This document shows, piece by piece, positions 49,759-63,200 of a stretch of 64,000 nucleotides of DNA. Under the pieces are notes generated by a model. The model was not told the origin of the DNA. It worked only from the letters and a program-made list of their open reading frames with translations, and searched no databases. The stretch comes from Marsupella aquatica. Taxonomy: Eukaryota > Plantae > Marchantiophyta. Location: positions 14,601,037 through 14,665,036 of the forward strand of contig OZ316891.1 in the NCBI GenBank assembly GCA_973895155.1, written 5' to 3'. Position 1 is the stretch's first letter. Every line of letters begins with the position of its first letter. The position numbers and the translations under genes are program-made.

Positions 49759-50020
49759 CTCTCTATGAGGTACAGGGCAACCTTATGTTGGTCTGCATAT
49801 GCGGGGACAAATGGGCTCCTCTCTATGAGGTATAGGGCAACCATGTGTCGCTCTGCATATACGGGGAGAAATGCTTGTGGGGAGAAATGCGGGGAGAAAT
49901 ACGGGAGACCATATAATCGTAAAGGATCTGCTTGTGGGGAGAAATACGGGAGACCATATAATCGTAAACGATATTGTGGGGAGAAAAGTGGGGAGAAGTA
50001 CAGGAGACCATATAATTAGT
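49759..50020. repeat. Local tandem duplications (60-bp pair; ~47-bp x3 G-rich unit)
   Basis: CTCTCTATGAGGTA(C/T)AGGGCAACC x2; TGTGGGGAGAAA...GGAGACCATATAAT x3. Confidence 0.8.
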
Positions 50021-50680
50021 AAAGGGTGCCAGATGTTTTTGATACTACTGTAGTTTCAGGTTCTGAGTTCACTTTATGATTGGCACTGAAAGCTTACAAA
50101 TGAGTGAGATGAAGGGATTCGCTTGTTTGTTTGTATATTCAAATTTAAAGCGTCACTGACGGTAGTGCTGTAGTTAAGAAGGTTCGAAATGTCTCCAATT
50201 CTGATGACTGTTTGGTTGCACGACGTCCATGTGAAGGTGTTCACAATTCTCCGCAATTCGAATGTGCACAGTATTCCGGAGAGTAAGAATTGTTGACAGT
50301 CCTGCAAAGGAAAGTTTATCAAATAAGCACTTCTTCAACAGACTTCTCAAACTTGCGACAAGATTGAACGATGTCAGGTATGCAATCATCCATCTTCGTT
50401 TTCTCGCGTGTATTGTACCCTCTTCTGTGTCTCAACTGTAACCCTTCCATTCTTCCTCTGCTGTGTTGCTAGCTCCGGCATCATTTTGTTCAATCTTCTT
50501 CGCTCATGAGTGGGCGCGCCGTATTCGGTCTACCATAATTTCTTGTTCCTGAGGAAACGTGAAATCTCTTCAGTTCATTAGTATTTTCAGTCGATCAAGA
50601 TTTGCTTCGATAAGAATTATGTCCCTGTATCCTTATCCTTGATTCTTCTCACCGTGCTTGCTGCTCATTTCCAAAAATGC

Positions 50681-50683
<3 letters not shown>

Positions 50684-50731
<48 letters not shown>
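50684..50731. repeat. (CT)n microsatellite upstream of the WD40 gene
   Basis: About 24 uninterrupted CT units. Confidence 0.95.
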
Positions 50732-50732
<1 letters not shown>

Positions 50733-51005
50733 ACATCTTCGCAAAGTTTTAAAGACGATGTTCAAGGGCTCGACTCACCAGCATTACAGTGCAGCACACT
50801 GCACAGGAATTGGTTTGGACTTCCGTGGGCTAGGCGCCTGGAAATTAAGCTCTCGGATGTTACCTTGAGCCGGGAATACCCTGGCTGGCTATCGACGATC
50901 CTAACTTCGGGCTCTGCATAGATAGGGTGACTCCTTCCAAGGCTGATGTTGTGTACGTAGTATATGTGATCTGTTTCGAGTTAGTTGCTTCTGTTTCAAC
51001 CAGCC

Positions 51006-54000
51006 ATGAACAACATTGAGGCCTTATGGTCATGCTCTCCCTCTGCCGCAGATAAGCAAGCAGGTGACGGGATGCTACCCGTCTCTATTTTGGATAAGGA
51101 GAGAAAAGGTACTGACGAGGACGACGGTGAGGGAGTAGTGATCACCGTTGACTCCTCCTCAGACAATGCGAGTGGCGAAGATGAAGGCTTCGTCGACCTG
51201 TGTTCCAAGGAAGAGAAGGGCGAAGACGAAAACCAAGATGAAGAAATTTTACTCGCTGGAGACCACGCTGCAAGCCATCATCGAAGAGACTTTTCAGTTC
51301 AAGCAGAGCGTAGCGTAGCTGAGAAAGCTGGCAGTCGGGAGAAATTGCAAGTGAGGGGCAGAGGGAAAGGGTTAAAGAACATGAAAGGAGGATTGCGCAC
51401 ATCCTTGGAATTACGCGGAGATGATTCATCGGTTGATGGTAGATATGTAGCAAGTGTCCAGGGTCAGGGTCGAGGAGGCAGAATGGGGACGGTGCGGAGA
51501 AACAGAGGACGAGTAGAAGTAGGAGGTGGAATTGACAATGGAGACCCTGGTTCGACGGATGGGACGGGAGACTTCTCTGCAAGCTCTGAAAATGACGATG
51601 ATGAACACTTAAGTGACGTAAAGAGGCAAACCCGGATGAAAGGTAACCTTGACGGAGCGCAGAGGGCGACAGTTGACGGTAGTAGCTATGCACATCCAGG
51701 GGTGGACTCAATTATCGAAGCAACATCTGAAGGCTCGAAAGCGTCAACGCAATGGCTCTCAGAAATCAGCTTTGTTTCGTACGTCACTTTCAAAGCCGTT
51801 CGTTGTTTCTGGTTTTCTCTGTTTTAGAGCAACAAAAGTGTGAAGTAAAACAACTTCGGTAGGAAAGGTGTGAGTGTTACTCAGTGGAAGTTACCCCAAA
51901 TGTGGCATGTGTCATAAAGCGTTCGCCGATAGGAGAAGGGAAGCTTGCATATTCTTAGAAATCCTGTGGGTCGCGCGTTCACGTTATATGAAGACGAGCA
52001 CAATGGTTCAGTGTCTTCAAGAAATGAGTTAACACCCTTTCCTACGTTTTCATCGTATTTATTTAATCTTCTATGTCAGTGTCTCGTGTACATTATGGAG
52101 TACTGTGCATAATTGCATAATTTCATCTCATATTTATGCAAGTGATCTGAAGGGCGTCGATAATCTTTTCTATGTGATCTCACATCTGAAATTAAGATGC
52201 TGCTGTGTGTACCAGGAGGTGTTATTCTGAAGCACAACTAGCGGGTGTAGGTTCCCCAGGACTGCAGTTGGCGTTTGATGGCAGCGAAGAGTCTGGTCCT
52301 GTAGTAGCTTTGCCGTTATTTAAGTCTGCCATGATCTCCAACGTAAGTGGATTTCAGCAGGCGCATATATCTCTTGGCGGGATTCCCTTCCATAAACATT
52401 CACAGAGATTTCATTTTCATCAATCTCCTTCGCAATTGTTAACTATTTCTTCGAGTGCAATGCTTGGCATTGTCAGTCAGGACGTAAGCAATAGAAGATC
52501 CTTTAGTGTCTATCCTTGTGTGGGGTTCTGCATCGGGATGCACTCCGAATGGTGGCCAGGGCTCGATCCTGGTCAGGTGGTAAAGTCCGAATGAGTATCG
52601 CGAAACGGGCTGACCTGCCTGGCTGCAGTCCGTTTAGAATTATCGCTAAACGGCCATGGCAGACTTTCTCAAATGAGTACAGTCTATGTGCGGGCAGGTT
52701 TTCTTTGGCCTCGTGCCTGTAGAGTCACTCAGAAATGAAAGGTTATGTAGGCTTTCGGTTTAATTTTGAGCTCTAATCGACAGGGAGTCTTCTGCCATAA
52801 ATATTAAGGCTACAATATGACGTATCTCATATCCAGAACATTTTTGTTACTGATGTGTTGCAGTCAGCAGAAGCTCAACAGGGGCAGAGCCAGCCGTGGT
52901 AAGTCAACGGCTTGCAAGTCCGAGTCTGTTTGAGTTTGCAGTTAGCTTTTAGATTGAGGCACAACAGGGAACATGCACTGCAGGATGATACTCATTTTAC
53001 TAGATTCTTGTTGAGGGTTTGAAATGTACAACACCACTACATCAGGGCTTTTGCTCGAAATCCTGCTTATCTTTCTTCGCGTATTCGTACCACATGTCAG
53101 AGGTCTGGTTATGCTTGCGTGCAGTGCTTCCTCACCATGTTGCAGGGCGATTGCCTTGCCTCCTTTTTCATCCTATAGAGGTTTGACTTGTGCATTTCAT
53201 TTGTTGGTTGGTTTGTTCAGCTACACATTTGGCTTACAGGATGATTTGGGTTTCAATTTTTTCTCACAGCAATGATATAGTACTTCATATTGGAGGTCCA
53301 GTCTGGGCATTGGATTGGTGTCCGCGAAGACCAGGATGGGTACAGTCTGGGAATGAAAAGTTAGAGGTGCGAGGGATCAAGCCTTGGATGATGAATTTTC
53401 AGACTTCAGTCTTGTATTGTAATGCACAATGTAGGGCCAAACTCTGTATAATGGGAGACACCACATGTTGATCAGAAGTGTCAAGTTATAACATCTGCTC
53501 GGCTCTAATTCCTAAAACTTGTATGTACAAAACCCAAAACCATCTTGTTGCGTGCACTCGATGTCGAGTCGTACTGGGATATCTCAAGATATAATCTCCA
53601 TATGTCCAACTTGAATATGGGCTGGAAGTTATGACCATATTGTTTGGCATCCTGCTCTTGATTAACTTAGAGGGAAGTTCACATAGTAGAGTCTCATTTA
53701 AGACTCTTTCGAAACGCTCTTTTCCTTAAGTAATTGGACCAGGGTCAAATATTGTTAAAAACTCTTTTCGTTCAATTTGTTGTTAAATGTTTGGAGCCAA
53801 TATGCTGTATGCTTAACTTATCATGAGAGGTTTTGGATTCTATGCAGTTCCTTGCAGTTGGTGCACACCCTCCTTCAGCTTCTTACAACAGGTTGGGTAA
53901 GCTGTTAAAGGGGCAAGGTGTTTTGCAAATTTGGGCTTTTGATTTCTCTATCGATCAACTCACTGGAAACAGGCACGAAAGTGGCGTCAGTACCAGAATG

Positions 54001-57000
54001 AGTGTCGTTATTAGCAGTTCAGCATCTGCAGGGAAGAGAGCGCGAAGTAGCAGCAGAGATAAGAATGGCGTGACTGGAAGATGCAAAGGTATAAGGATGG
54101 CAGGCCCTGACGTAGCAGCTGAGTTTCACGGGGGTTCGCATCTACAAGATGATGCACCGACGGGCCACGGTGTGCTTTCAACTGTTAACAATGATAATGT
54201 GGGTGATGCGTACGTAGTCCAGAGAAACGGTAGCCCAGCCTTTGAAGCACATCCAGCGTCCTCGACTTGTGGGAAACGACCAAGGAAGCTCAAAGAAAGT
54301 GCTAGGGCTAGGGGTTCAGACCCAGGTCTTATTGAAACTCGATTCCCAAGATGGTATAGGGAGGAGGGACCAGCCAAGATGGTTTTGGGTTTGGTACATG
54401 ATGGCCTTGTTACTTGGGATGCAAAGTGGCGTCCGGTAGGTGAAACAACAAATCTAGGAATGGAGCGAGAGTTGTTACGTTTAGGCTTTGTAGCGCTGCT
54501 TCTGGGTGATGGATCAATCCAAGTGTGAGTCTTGTCTTCTGCAAGCGCCCAAACCCATTTTCAAGTAGTGAACAAAATCTGGCAGCTTTAGAACAGATCT
54601 ATTGTATCTCACCTTAAGTGTCTTGCTCTAGATCTATTTGACATGTTTTGACGTTGACCAGATAGAATCACTGAATCTAGACCTCAGATTCTTAATACTA
54701 CAAATGTCTGTTGATGTAACATAAGGGTATCTGCCAAACATGGACAGAATGGTTATGGGTTTGAGTTGTAATCTATTAGCAAGGATCTGCTGCTTTCCGA
54801 ATGTTTAGGCAAGTATGCATTCTAGCATCTCAATATTTGTTTCTGGTTTGTAGGTTTGATGTGCCACTGCCTAGCATGTTGGCAACTCAGTCCAGCCGAG
54901 AATTTCTCACCAAAAGTGTTCCTTCCACTGTTCGTATTGAACCGGTCTTTAGATGCTCAGATCTTCAAAGTGGAGGTCATAAGAGGTAATGTAAGTGCCA
55001 CCGCCAGCTTTGTTATTGCCCACGTGTCAGTGGCAAAGTGGTCTGCCTAACTGAGCTTCATAGTCGATTCGGTGGCAATAGAGCTTGGCTGAAGTCGAGG
55101 ACCAAACGCATTGAATGACAAACGTGGAAATAAATCCTCTGGATTGCTATCACCTCCGAGAAACTTTTTTTCTTACAGTGACTAAATTGAACATGACTGG
55201 CAGCATACCTCTGTGTCTCGAGTGGTCAACCTGGGATCCGCATGATCTCATTCTTGTGGGTTTTCATGATGCTACGGTAAGCTTCGTTTTGCTGTTAATA
55301 TATATTTGAAGACTTTCCTGCAACTCAATCTTCCACTTGGTGGACGATATTCTGTGACTTTTGGGGTGAGATAGATGTAGGCTTTGGTTAGTAGAGGCTT
55401 CCCTTATTCTTAGAAAACATGGTTTTTTCTTTTGATACCAATCTGCGCAATTGAAAGCCAAGGTAAATCTGTTTTTTTCTTTACCAGGTTGGATTGTGGA
55501 AGTTTTCCCCAAGTCCCAAAGAACCAGGTATGCCATGTGAATGTTTTCCCAAGGTTGAGTATAAGGACTGGAATTAGACGCAGAGCATTTTGGAATACAA
55601 CAACAATGCCCATAAAATCGATGCTCTCGAGACGTTTCTGGTTCACAGTTGCTGCAGTAAAAGTTAAAAAGCACCTGACAAATGTTTTAAAGATCTTTCA
55701 AAGCTGGCTCTATGATTTGGGCTAGAGTTGCACACTGCTCATGATTATCAAGAGCCAAGGGATATTTACCAAACTACTGCTTAGATGGTGACATCTGTTT
55801 GGTTCATATGCAGATACACGACCATTGATGTTCTTTACTGCTGATTCGTTGCCCTTGCGTTCCGTAGCATGGGCCCCGGATGCGAGGTATGCTTATTCTC
55901 TCAATAAGTTCAAGGGGTTATGTTCCAGTATTTCAACTCTACATTCCAGCAATTGTATCTTTACCGATGAAACGTCTACATCAGAACATGATTGGCATTA
56001 TATATGTCTTTGATTGTAGATGTTGTTTTTTCCAGTGGTTCCTCAGGCAAACATGTTTTTGTCACAGCTGGGCACACTGGCTGGGTCAAATTTTGGGATA
56101 TTAGGTACGTCTGACTCCTCGTTTGTTTCGTGGGTGTCTTTTGTGATTAGCGCTTCCAAATATGTTCCTGATTTGGTCGGAACTCAGTTCCTTATAGGTC
56201 CTGAGACCGGTTCCCGCACATTTGGTTCCTATCCGTCTGAATAGAAAGGAATTATCGTCCTATTAGAGAGAATGTTTGTTTTGGTTTGCTTTTGACAGGC
56301 TCCCAGCGGAGTTAGGGCACTTTTTTGGTGTATAAGGCTATGGATCACTTCGTTATTCTGCAGGGATCCCTTTCGCCCTCTCTGGGACCTACAAGTATCA
56401 CGGGGCTGCATACACAGCGTGGACTGGATCTCATGGCCTAGGTAATTTTTCAAGGTCAAGTGCTGTTTTGGTGAAGCGGGTCAAGGCGATCATTCCTCCT
56501 GCACATTTCTTGCCTGTGAACTATTGAAAATTGCTCATGGTGCTATGTGTTCGTCTTCACCAATTAATAATATTCCAGGATCCATACTTGTAGAAGCCAG
56601 AGGACTTCAGCTTACACTGCTACCTTAAATAATTTAAAATGAATGTTTTGTGTGCTTAGACACGACGTCGACCTGATGAGTATATTATTGGTGGAAATCA
56701 TGGAACAGATGTGTATTGATGACATTGGATGATGGCACTCTGCGCATTCTTGGCCTCGACAGTGCATCCACACAAACACCAGCAACTGGTGAACCTTGGC
56801 ACGGAACTCACTCTCAGGGAATTCAGTGCTACCTTTGCAGTAGCTTTCCTATATGGGATGCTCAAGTTTCCTCTAGGACAGGTAGGCTTTCAACCTTGGC
56901 GGCGTGAGAGCTTAATTCTCTCTTTTAGTTCCTGCAGAGCACTCAATTCCTAATAACTATTAATTGTCCGAAAATTCGGCGTCTTATCCAAGGATGATTG

Positions 57001-58020
57001 CATGGTCAGTTACCTGATTGACTCAATTCAGTGATGACGGTGTCGTTCTCCGTTGTCTCGTCAATACTTCACAGAGTTGCCTGTTGTCCCTCTCTAAATG
57101 AAAAATAAAATACTCTATCCTATCCATCTTAAGAGGACAGTTTGAGGGAGGCATGACGTGGCTGTTATCTTTTGGCTCCTGCATCAGGTATTGTTGCGTA
57201 CGCTGGTGCTAATGGGTCCGTTCTCCAATTTCAGGTGAGGTCAAATCCTCAATTTCATATGGGCACTTATAAGTAAATGGTTCAGGGAAAGACCTCTTCC
57301 TTTTGCTTACAAGGAATTTCTTCTGTATGTGTGTCAAAAGAAAATATTGACAATATTTCATTTTGATATCCGCAGCTTACTGAAAGAGCCGTTGTAAAAG
57401 AAGGTGCTCGGACAAGAGAGCCGCATTATCTCTGTGGAGCATTTGTAGCGAACTCAGAATTTGGGACTGTGACATTGACGTCATTAGAGAAGACCGCTCC
57501 AGCCCAAATGCGGAAGTCATCAACTGAATGGAGCAGTCGACCTAGAACTATGCGGGGATTTCTAGCTACGTGTACATTGGACAATGAGAGCAGGCAAGTC
57601 AGTACAGGATTAGAACTCGCTGTCACAGCAGAGACCTCCCCCAGAGCGGCCAGAGTTCGGAAAAAGCATAGCAAGGCCATAGGTAAAATTCGATGCAAGA
57701 ATGCAAGTAAGCCTTATAAAAAAACTGAGCTGGACCTGTTACCATCATCTGATGACAGGATGGCAGTGGTTCCCTTACAAATCGCGCCTCCAGTATTTGA
57801 ACTCAAGGAAGAGCAGAATTTGCCAGAAAACAACAATCATCATAGAGAGGAGAATACCCCAGCCCAAGCTGACAACTTTCCATGCCATAAGGTTTCCGTC
57901 CATCGTTTGAGATGGAACTGTAATCCTAAAAGGGAACATTGGTTGGCATATGGAGGTGCAGCTGGCATTGTTAGATGCCAGCAGATTTTTTCAATGAAGA
58001 AGCAAAAAGATGATTCTTGA
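51006..58020 (+). CDS. WD40 protein similar to TFIIIC beta subunit (GTF3C2/Tfc6-like), multi-exon
   Basis: GT-AG exons encode an acidic N-terminus, then VLHIGGPVWALDWCP, FLAVGAHPP, GVLQIW, LGLVHDGLVTWDAKWRP, LGFVALLLGDGSIQV, IPLCLEWS..PHDLILVGFHD, FTADSLPLRSVAWAP, KFWDIRDPFRPLWDL and C-terminal VHRLRWN..HWLAYGGAAGIVRCQ. The start codon is less certain. Confidence 0.85.
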
Positions 58021-60242
58021 CTTTGCTGGACCATGCTGGGTATTCGAAGAGTATTGGATGTGGAAGTGAGGATGTGTATTCGAGGGTCCTATTCAAGGTG
58101 TATTCGCTCAAAGTGCCATTGTCGATTTAACTTGGATTCATCACATGGCACCCTATCCCTCATCTAATTTGGATTCAGCATATTGCACAATTTATACCAA
58201 ATTTATCCAAAAATTCTGGAAGGAGTTAGTATAAGAGAGGAGGGTAGTGAATGACGAGAATGTGAAAATAGAGTGAGCCGTTGGACACATCCCCTCATCT
58301 TATGCTAATAGTGATTTAAGTGTGCCGTCAAGTACTTTAGAAACGGGCCTTGTGGGATATGAATGAGGTATCCCATCAAAGTCTTTGTTGTACTTTAGAA
58401 AGGGGCTGCGTGTGATACGAATCCCAGTAATGCCTTCATAATTGTAGAATTTGTTTGAAGAAGATTTAGTGAACTGAGAACCGTGGATGTGAGGAGGGCA
58501 CTATGTGGGTGTGGGGAGCCTCTACATTTCTTGCTTTAGTTATTGAATATGGATGAAGTACGGTATTATGAGGGTTATTTTGCTTGATCAGTTCAGTGCA
58601 TATGGATGAAGGATGGTATTATTTGGGGACCAGTTGATGAGGGTCTTCTAACAGATGACATCCTTCCAAAGCGACAGGTTCACCTCTTTCCCTGGAAAAT
58701 GGCTGATGACTTTGGCAGAGTCTGTTAGGGTGGGCAAAACAAACAGGCTTTATATTCATCCAGAGATCGACAGAACTGTGTTTTCTAAGAATCAAGATCT
58801 AGTAGTGAACTCTGGAGACGAATATGCAGCTGGTGTACTACTTCTTGCAAGATTCGAGTATTTAGAATTCTACTTGTTGCAAGATTTGAGTATTTAGAAT
58901 GGGACTCACTATCAAGGTGAAAGTCTATAATTGCAATAGACAATTGTAATCATATGTAGTTTCAGTTTTTTCGCTCTAGACTGTGAATATACTTAAAGAA
59001 TATTCTGACATGAAGCAACACGAGAGATGTTTACGTGAGAATGCTTAAGAATACTTAGAAAAAGTAACCCAAGAAATGTTCACCAATACACAAGTCTGGA
59101 GGGAAAGCTTAGATAACACCCGATACACATTTTTTTTGCACTTACTTTTTGAAGTGTATTTCTCAGCTTGATGGATTTTTAATGCTTCCTATTCATACAA
59201 ATGAGTGCGCTAGCTCTAAAGGCACTAACAAACATAATACCAATGCTTGATCCACTAACGTTCAATCTCAAATCGTAGGCGTTCAATTGATTTGTTCTCC
59301 AAAGACGACCAAATTGCATTACTTTTCCCTCAAGTTTAGCATTTCATTGTTGCTCCTTAGAGAGACGTAGCACCAATGCAATTCGATAGACTCGACGTTC
59401 AAATAAACACCTGAGACGTTCCAACTTAAAAACACAGAACACTTTAATGATATAAATATGAATAAGCCTCTGCCAATACAAAATCTTTAGACAACCGCAA
59501 CTTCTCACTCTAAAGCCCTTTCAAGCTGTTGAAACTTGGTACCTTCATACTTGTACTACGATCCTCACAATTCTACAAAAATTGGGCCGGACACGATCTT
59601 TAATGCAGATTTCATTCATGAATTCAACGAAGGTGGCAGACAATGCAGGCGCACAAGCTCCTCTCCGCATAAGGGGGCAGACAGGCATTCCCGTCCCCAG
59701 ACTCAAGTGATAAGGACGGTGCACGATAAAGAAAACAATTAGGAGTCGGTCAACATAAATACATTCACGCACAAGATGTAGTAAAACAGGTGGAACCGGT
59801 TGCCATTTTTATCCCGATTCTTCCGGAACGCCTGTAGTGGACCTTATGCCAAAAGTGCTGCTGGTGGCAATGTGCTCTAACCAGCTGGCACTCACCCAAG
59901 TTTCTTCAAACGACTATGGATGTGGGCTGAAGATTTCTCTCATTACATCTCCATTCTTGTTAGTCCAAAAGGTACCGGAAGACCTGCATTCAAACCGACA
60001 GAAGAATCAGTAGGTTCTAGGTCTGAGCAAGTAGAGGTTCTTAATCCATCCATTAAGTATTCACGGTCTGTGATAGAATGTGAATCAAAGGTCATACTAG
60101 GTCTAAGTTGATCCCCTCACAAAGACGTTACCTACCTGCGTCAGTAACCATCTGTGTTGCTGTGTTGTTGGAAATTGGAAGGCAGAGCATGAAAATTCTG
60201 ACCACATGTGAAAGTTAGCCGCGGAACGTTTGCAGCAGATGC

Positions 60243-63200
60243 TCAAGTGTAAGCTGAAAGCATTGCTTCCGTTATATCGTCCTGGAGATGAGCCTTCTCA
60301 GCCTCAGCAGCCTCAACGAGGTCTTTGTGTGTCAAAACACAATCTTCCCCACTACGTAACGATGCCTGATGACCCACAGAAACACAGTACTAACACGTGA
60401 AAATTTATTCAACAGTCCGAAACACATCTTTTTGAGGAACCTAATTTGTATTATAATTACTTGAAATTTTGAAAAGTAGCATTTTGTGAGATACGAATTC
60501 GAACGCTGTTCCTCGTAATCGAAGAAATCAGCAATACTATTAGAACATCATAGAACAGTGTGTAAACCTTGGCAGCTCCTCGGATAATGGCACTGCTGAT
60601 TGTTCCACTAGTGAAGTCAAAACGTCGCCCAAGCTCTTCAAACTTGATATTGGAAGCCAAGGGACACTGCCACACGAATCAAAGAAACGACCATCATTAG
60701 TTTGACCTCTTAATATGATGCCATGCCGGCAAGCATTGGTCAAATCCCTGATACATTGTAACTGATAAATACACCAGGTAAAATTTGAGTCCAACCTGCA
60801 CAGCCGTACCAGTGCGATTGTTTCTGAAACATCACACCATGGATAACCTACCTTTGATGGTATCATTTTCTGCCACATTCGAGAGCGTACAGATGAGTCG
60901 GGCGTTTTAAATTCAACCAAAAACTTCAGTCTTCGTGTCAACTCTGGGTCAAGCCGGTGAATAACACTCCCCTGAAACAACAGAAGTCTCATTTTGGTAA
61001 GCTTTGAATTCTTTTGTGTACAGGAAACACGGCTGATTTAGTTATAAGACTAAGATGCACAACCATGTGAATGAAAAAATCACTCGTTAACATAACATGT
61101 CGTATCAATTCAAAGTAGGACATCTTCCAATTCGAATTGTAACCAAATTTGAGGTCGCTAAACCTTCTCCTATCAGATTCATATGTGAGACTTCATGCCA
61201 ACCAGGGTGCTGAATTGAAAGGACAAAGTCAATGTGAGTACTACCAGTTTAGGACACTAAACCCCCTGGACTCCATAAAATTTCTAAACAAGAGCCTTGA
61301 CATATTTCAGAACAAAATAGATAGCACATGAGAGCAGACCTGCACATTGTTTGCGATAAGGATGCAGATTCCAGGAAAACGACCCAATTCATGAAGTAAT
61401 AAGCCAATAGCTACATGAGACCAGGGTGACACACTCCCCACACCACCTCCCATTTCATCCTCAGCCCTGAAAATCTGCACATATACGCTTATTATTAGAT
61501 GAGCCACATCGCAGTCCACGGTTTAGAAATGTCTTCTCCGACGAAAAGATAGAACTCGTCTGCTGAACTACAGACGCACACTAATTAGTTCCATAAATCG
61601 TTAGTGTAGTCGTGAAGGATACCTGGAAGTCCTCGAGCACAAGTACTGCATCCATTAACCGAGAGTCTTTAAAAGCAGTACTGATGTTGGACCCTGTCTT
61701 TGTACTGCTTTCTCTCGATATTAACTGTGCACAGTTGATCACCTTCATTCACCGCAACAAGGTTAATTAGGACAAGAAAAATGAGTGGGTCGAAATACTG
61801 TTACCAAACTCACAGGTAGCATCGAGAATTTGACGTAAAAAACACGAGATTCAATTATTTACGTAGTCATCACTTCATTTTCAATTTATTTCGGCTAAGC
61901 GACCAATTGACCGGTAAAAACAAACAGTAAAGCTTTAAACACTCTTTGAAACCTGTAGCTAAAGAGTGTGTACCTTCAGAGGGCGGCCCAACTCAAAACC
62001 AATTGCCTGTAGTCAGAAATCAAACTGTAAATGACACTTTGTTTTGCCAGAGGCCTTTTTGAATGAATCTCCTAGGCTAATCTGCTTCCTAATCACAGGA
62101 CTTTCAGGAACTTAGTTGCAAAAATAGAGCTACCGTCAGACCTACCTCAGCAGCAGATGACTTTCCTGTGCCATGAGGACCCCAGAATAGGCATGCTGTG
62201 CCTAGCCTCTCTTGTTGGAAACCCCATTGTCCCAAAAGCACAGCTCTTGCCTTCTCAAAAGTGATTATGGCATCCATCTTCTCCCTCATACCCGCGGTTA
62301 ATATCAGTTCATCCATACCAGTTTTCGGCACGACGCGATGGGTAAACGTCTTCATCTGACAATACAAACGATTTACCTCAATTTATCACGAACTCCATAT
62401 TATGAGTAAACGTCTTCAGACTAAGGTAGGAGCGTCAGTGGGAAGTTGAGGGTGACTTACTCAACAGTAAAAGGAGCGATAGCGATACTAAGACAGCCTA
62501 CCCAATGTAAATTTAGACGAATATGGGGAAAATTGATAATTGAGCCGAGTTGATAGCTATATTGGCTTGTTAAGACCATACCTGCAAGCTACCCCGCATT
62601 TGGAGACGGCAGCCATTCACAATGTCCTCCTCTGAAATTGTTGGATTCAAACTATCACGCGAAATTGCTGTTAAGAGTGCGCTTACTAGAGCATTTTTTA
62701 TATACCCTCCCGTTAACTCATACCTGCGCAGTCCAGAGGATATAACCAATCAACACTGACGACACGTCTCATCATGATGCTCAGAATGTTGGCACGTAGG
62801 TTCTCTACAGTACAGAATTTCCAGGTACGAACGAAAAGAACCGATGAATAATAGTACCGGAGGGCAATCTTATCCCAATCGACGTTGTCAATGACAGGCA
62901 GGCGCTCGGATGCCAGTTTCCAGATTGTCCGTCGTTGAGTATGATCTGGTGGATGAAATTCACTGACACATCTGCAAATAGTTCATACAATGGAGCAAAA
63001 TCATACATGGCGGCTTCAAAATTCTGGAAAACAACAACCTTAATTATTAACTGACAGACACGGGTGCCAAATAAGAAAGATATCGCAAGAAAAGTACTCA
63101 GCACTAGACATACGTGATGCGCCTATGCATGGCCTCATCGAGATCTAGTGGCCTGTTTGTAGCAAGCATGATAATTCCTTCATGCCTTTCCATCTCGGTC

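Noticed and set aside
26889-58020. CPSF160, RPL26, NOP58 and TFIIIC subunit as an operon-like RNA-metabolism cluster
   Set aside because: Mixed orientations, separate promoters and TE-filled spacers. Chance adjacency of housekeeping genes cannot be excluded without synteny data.
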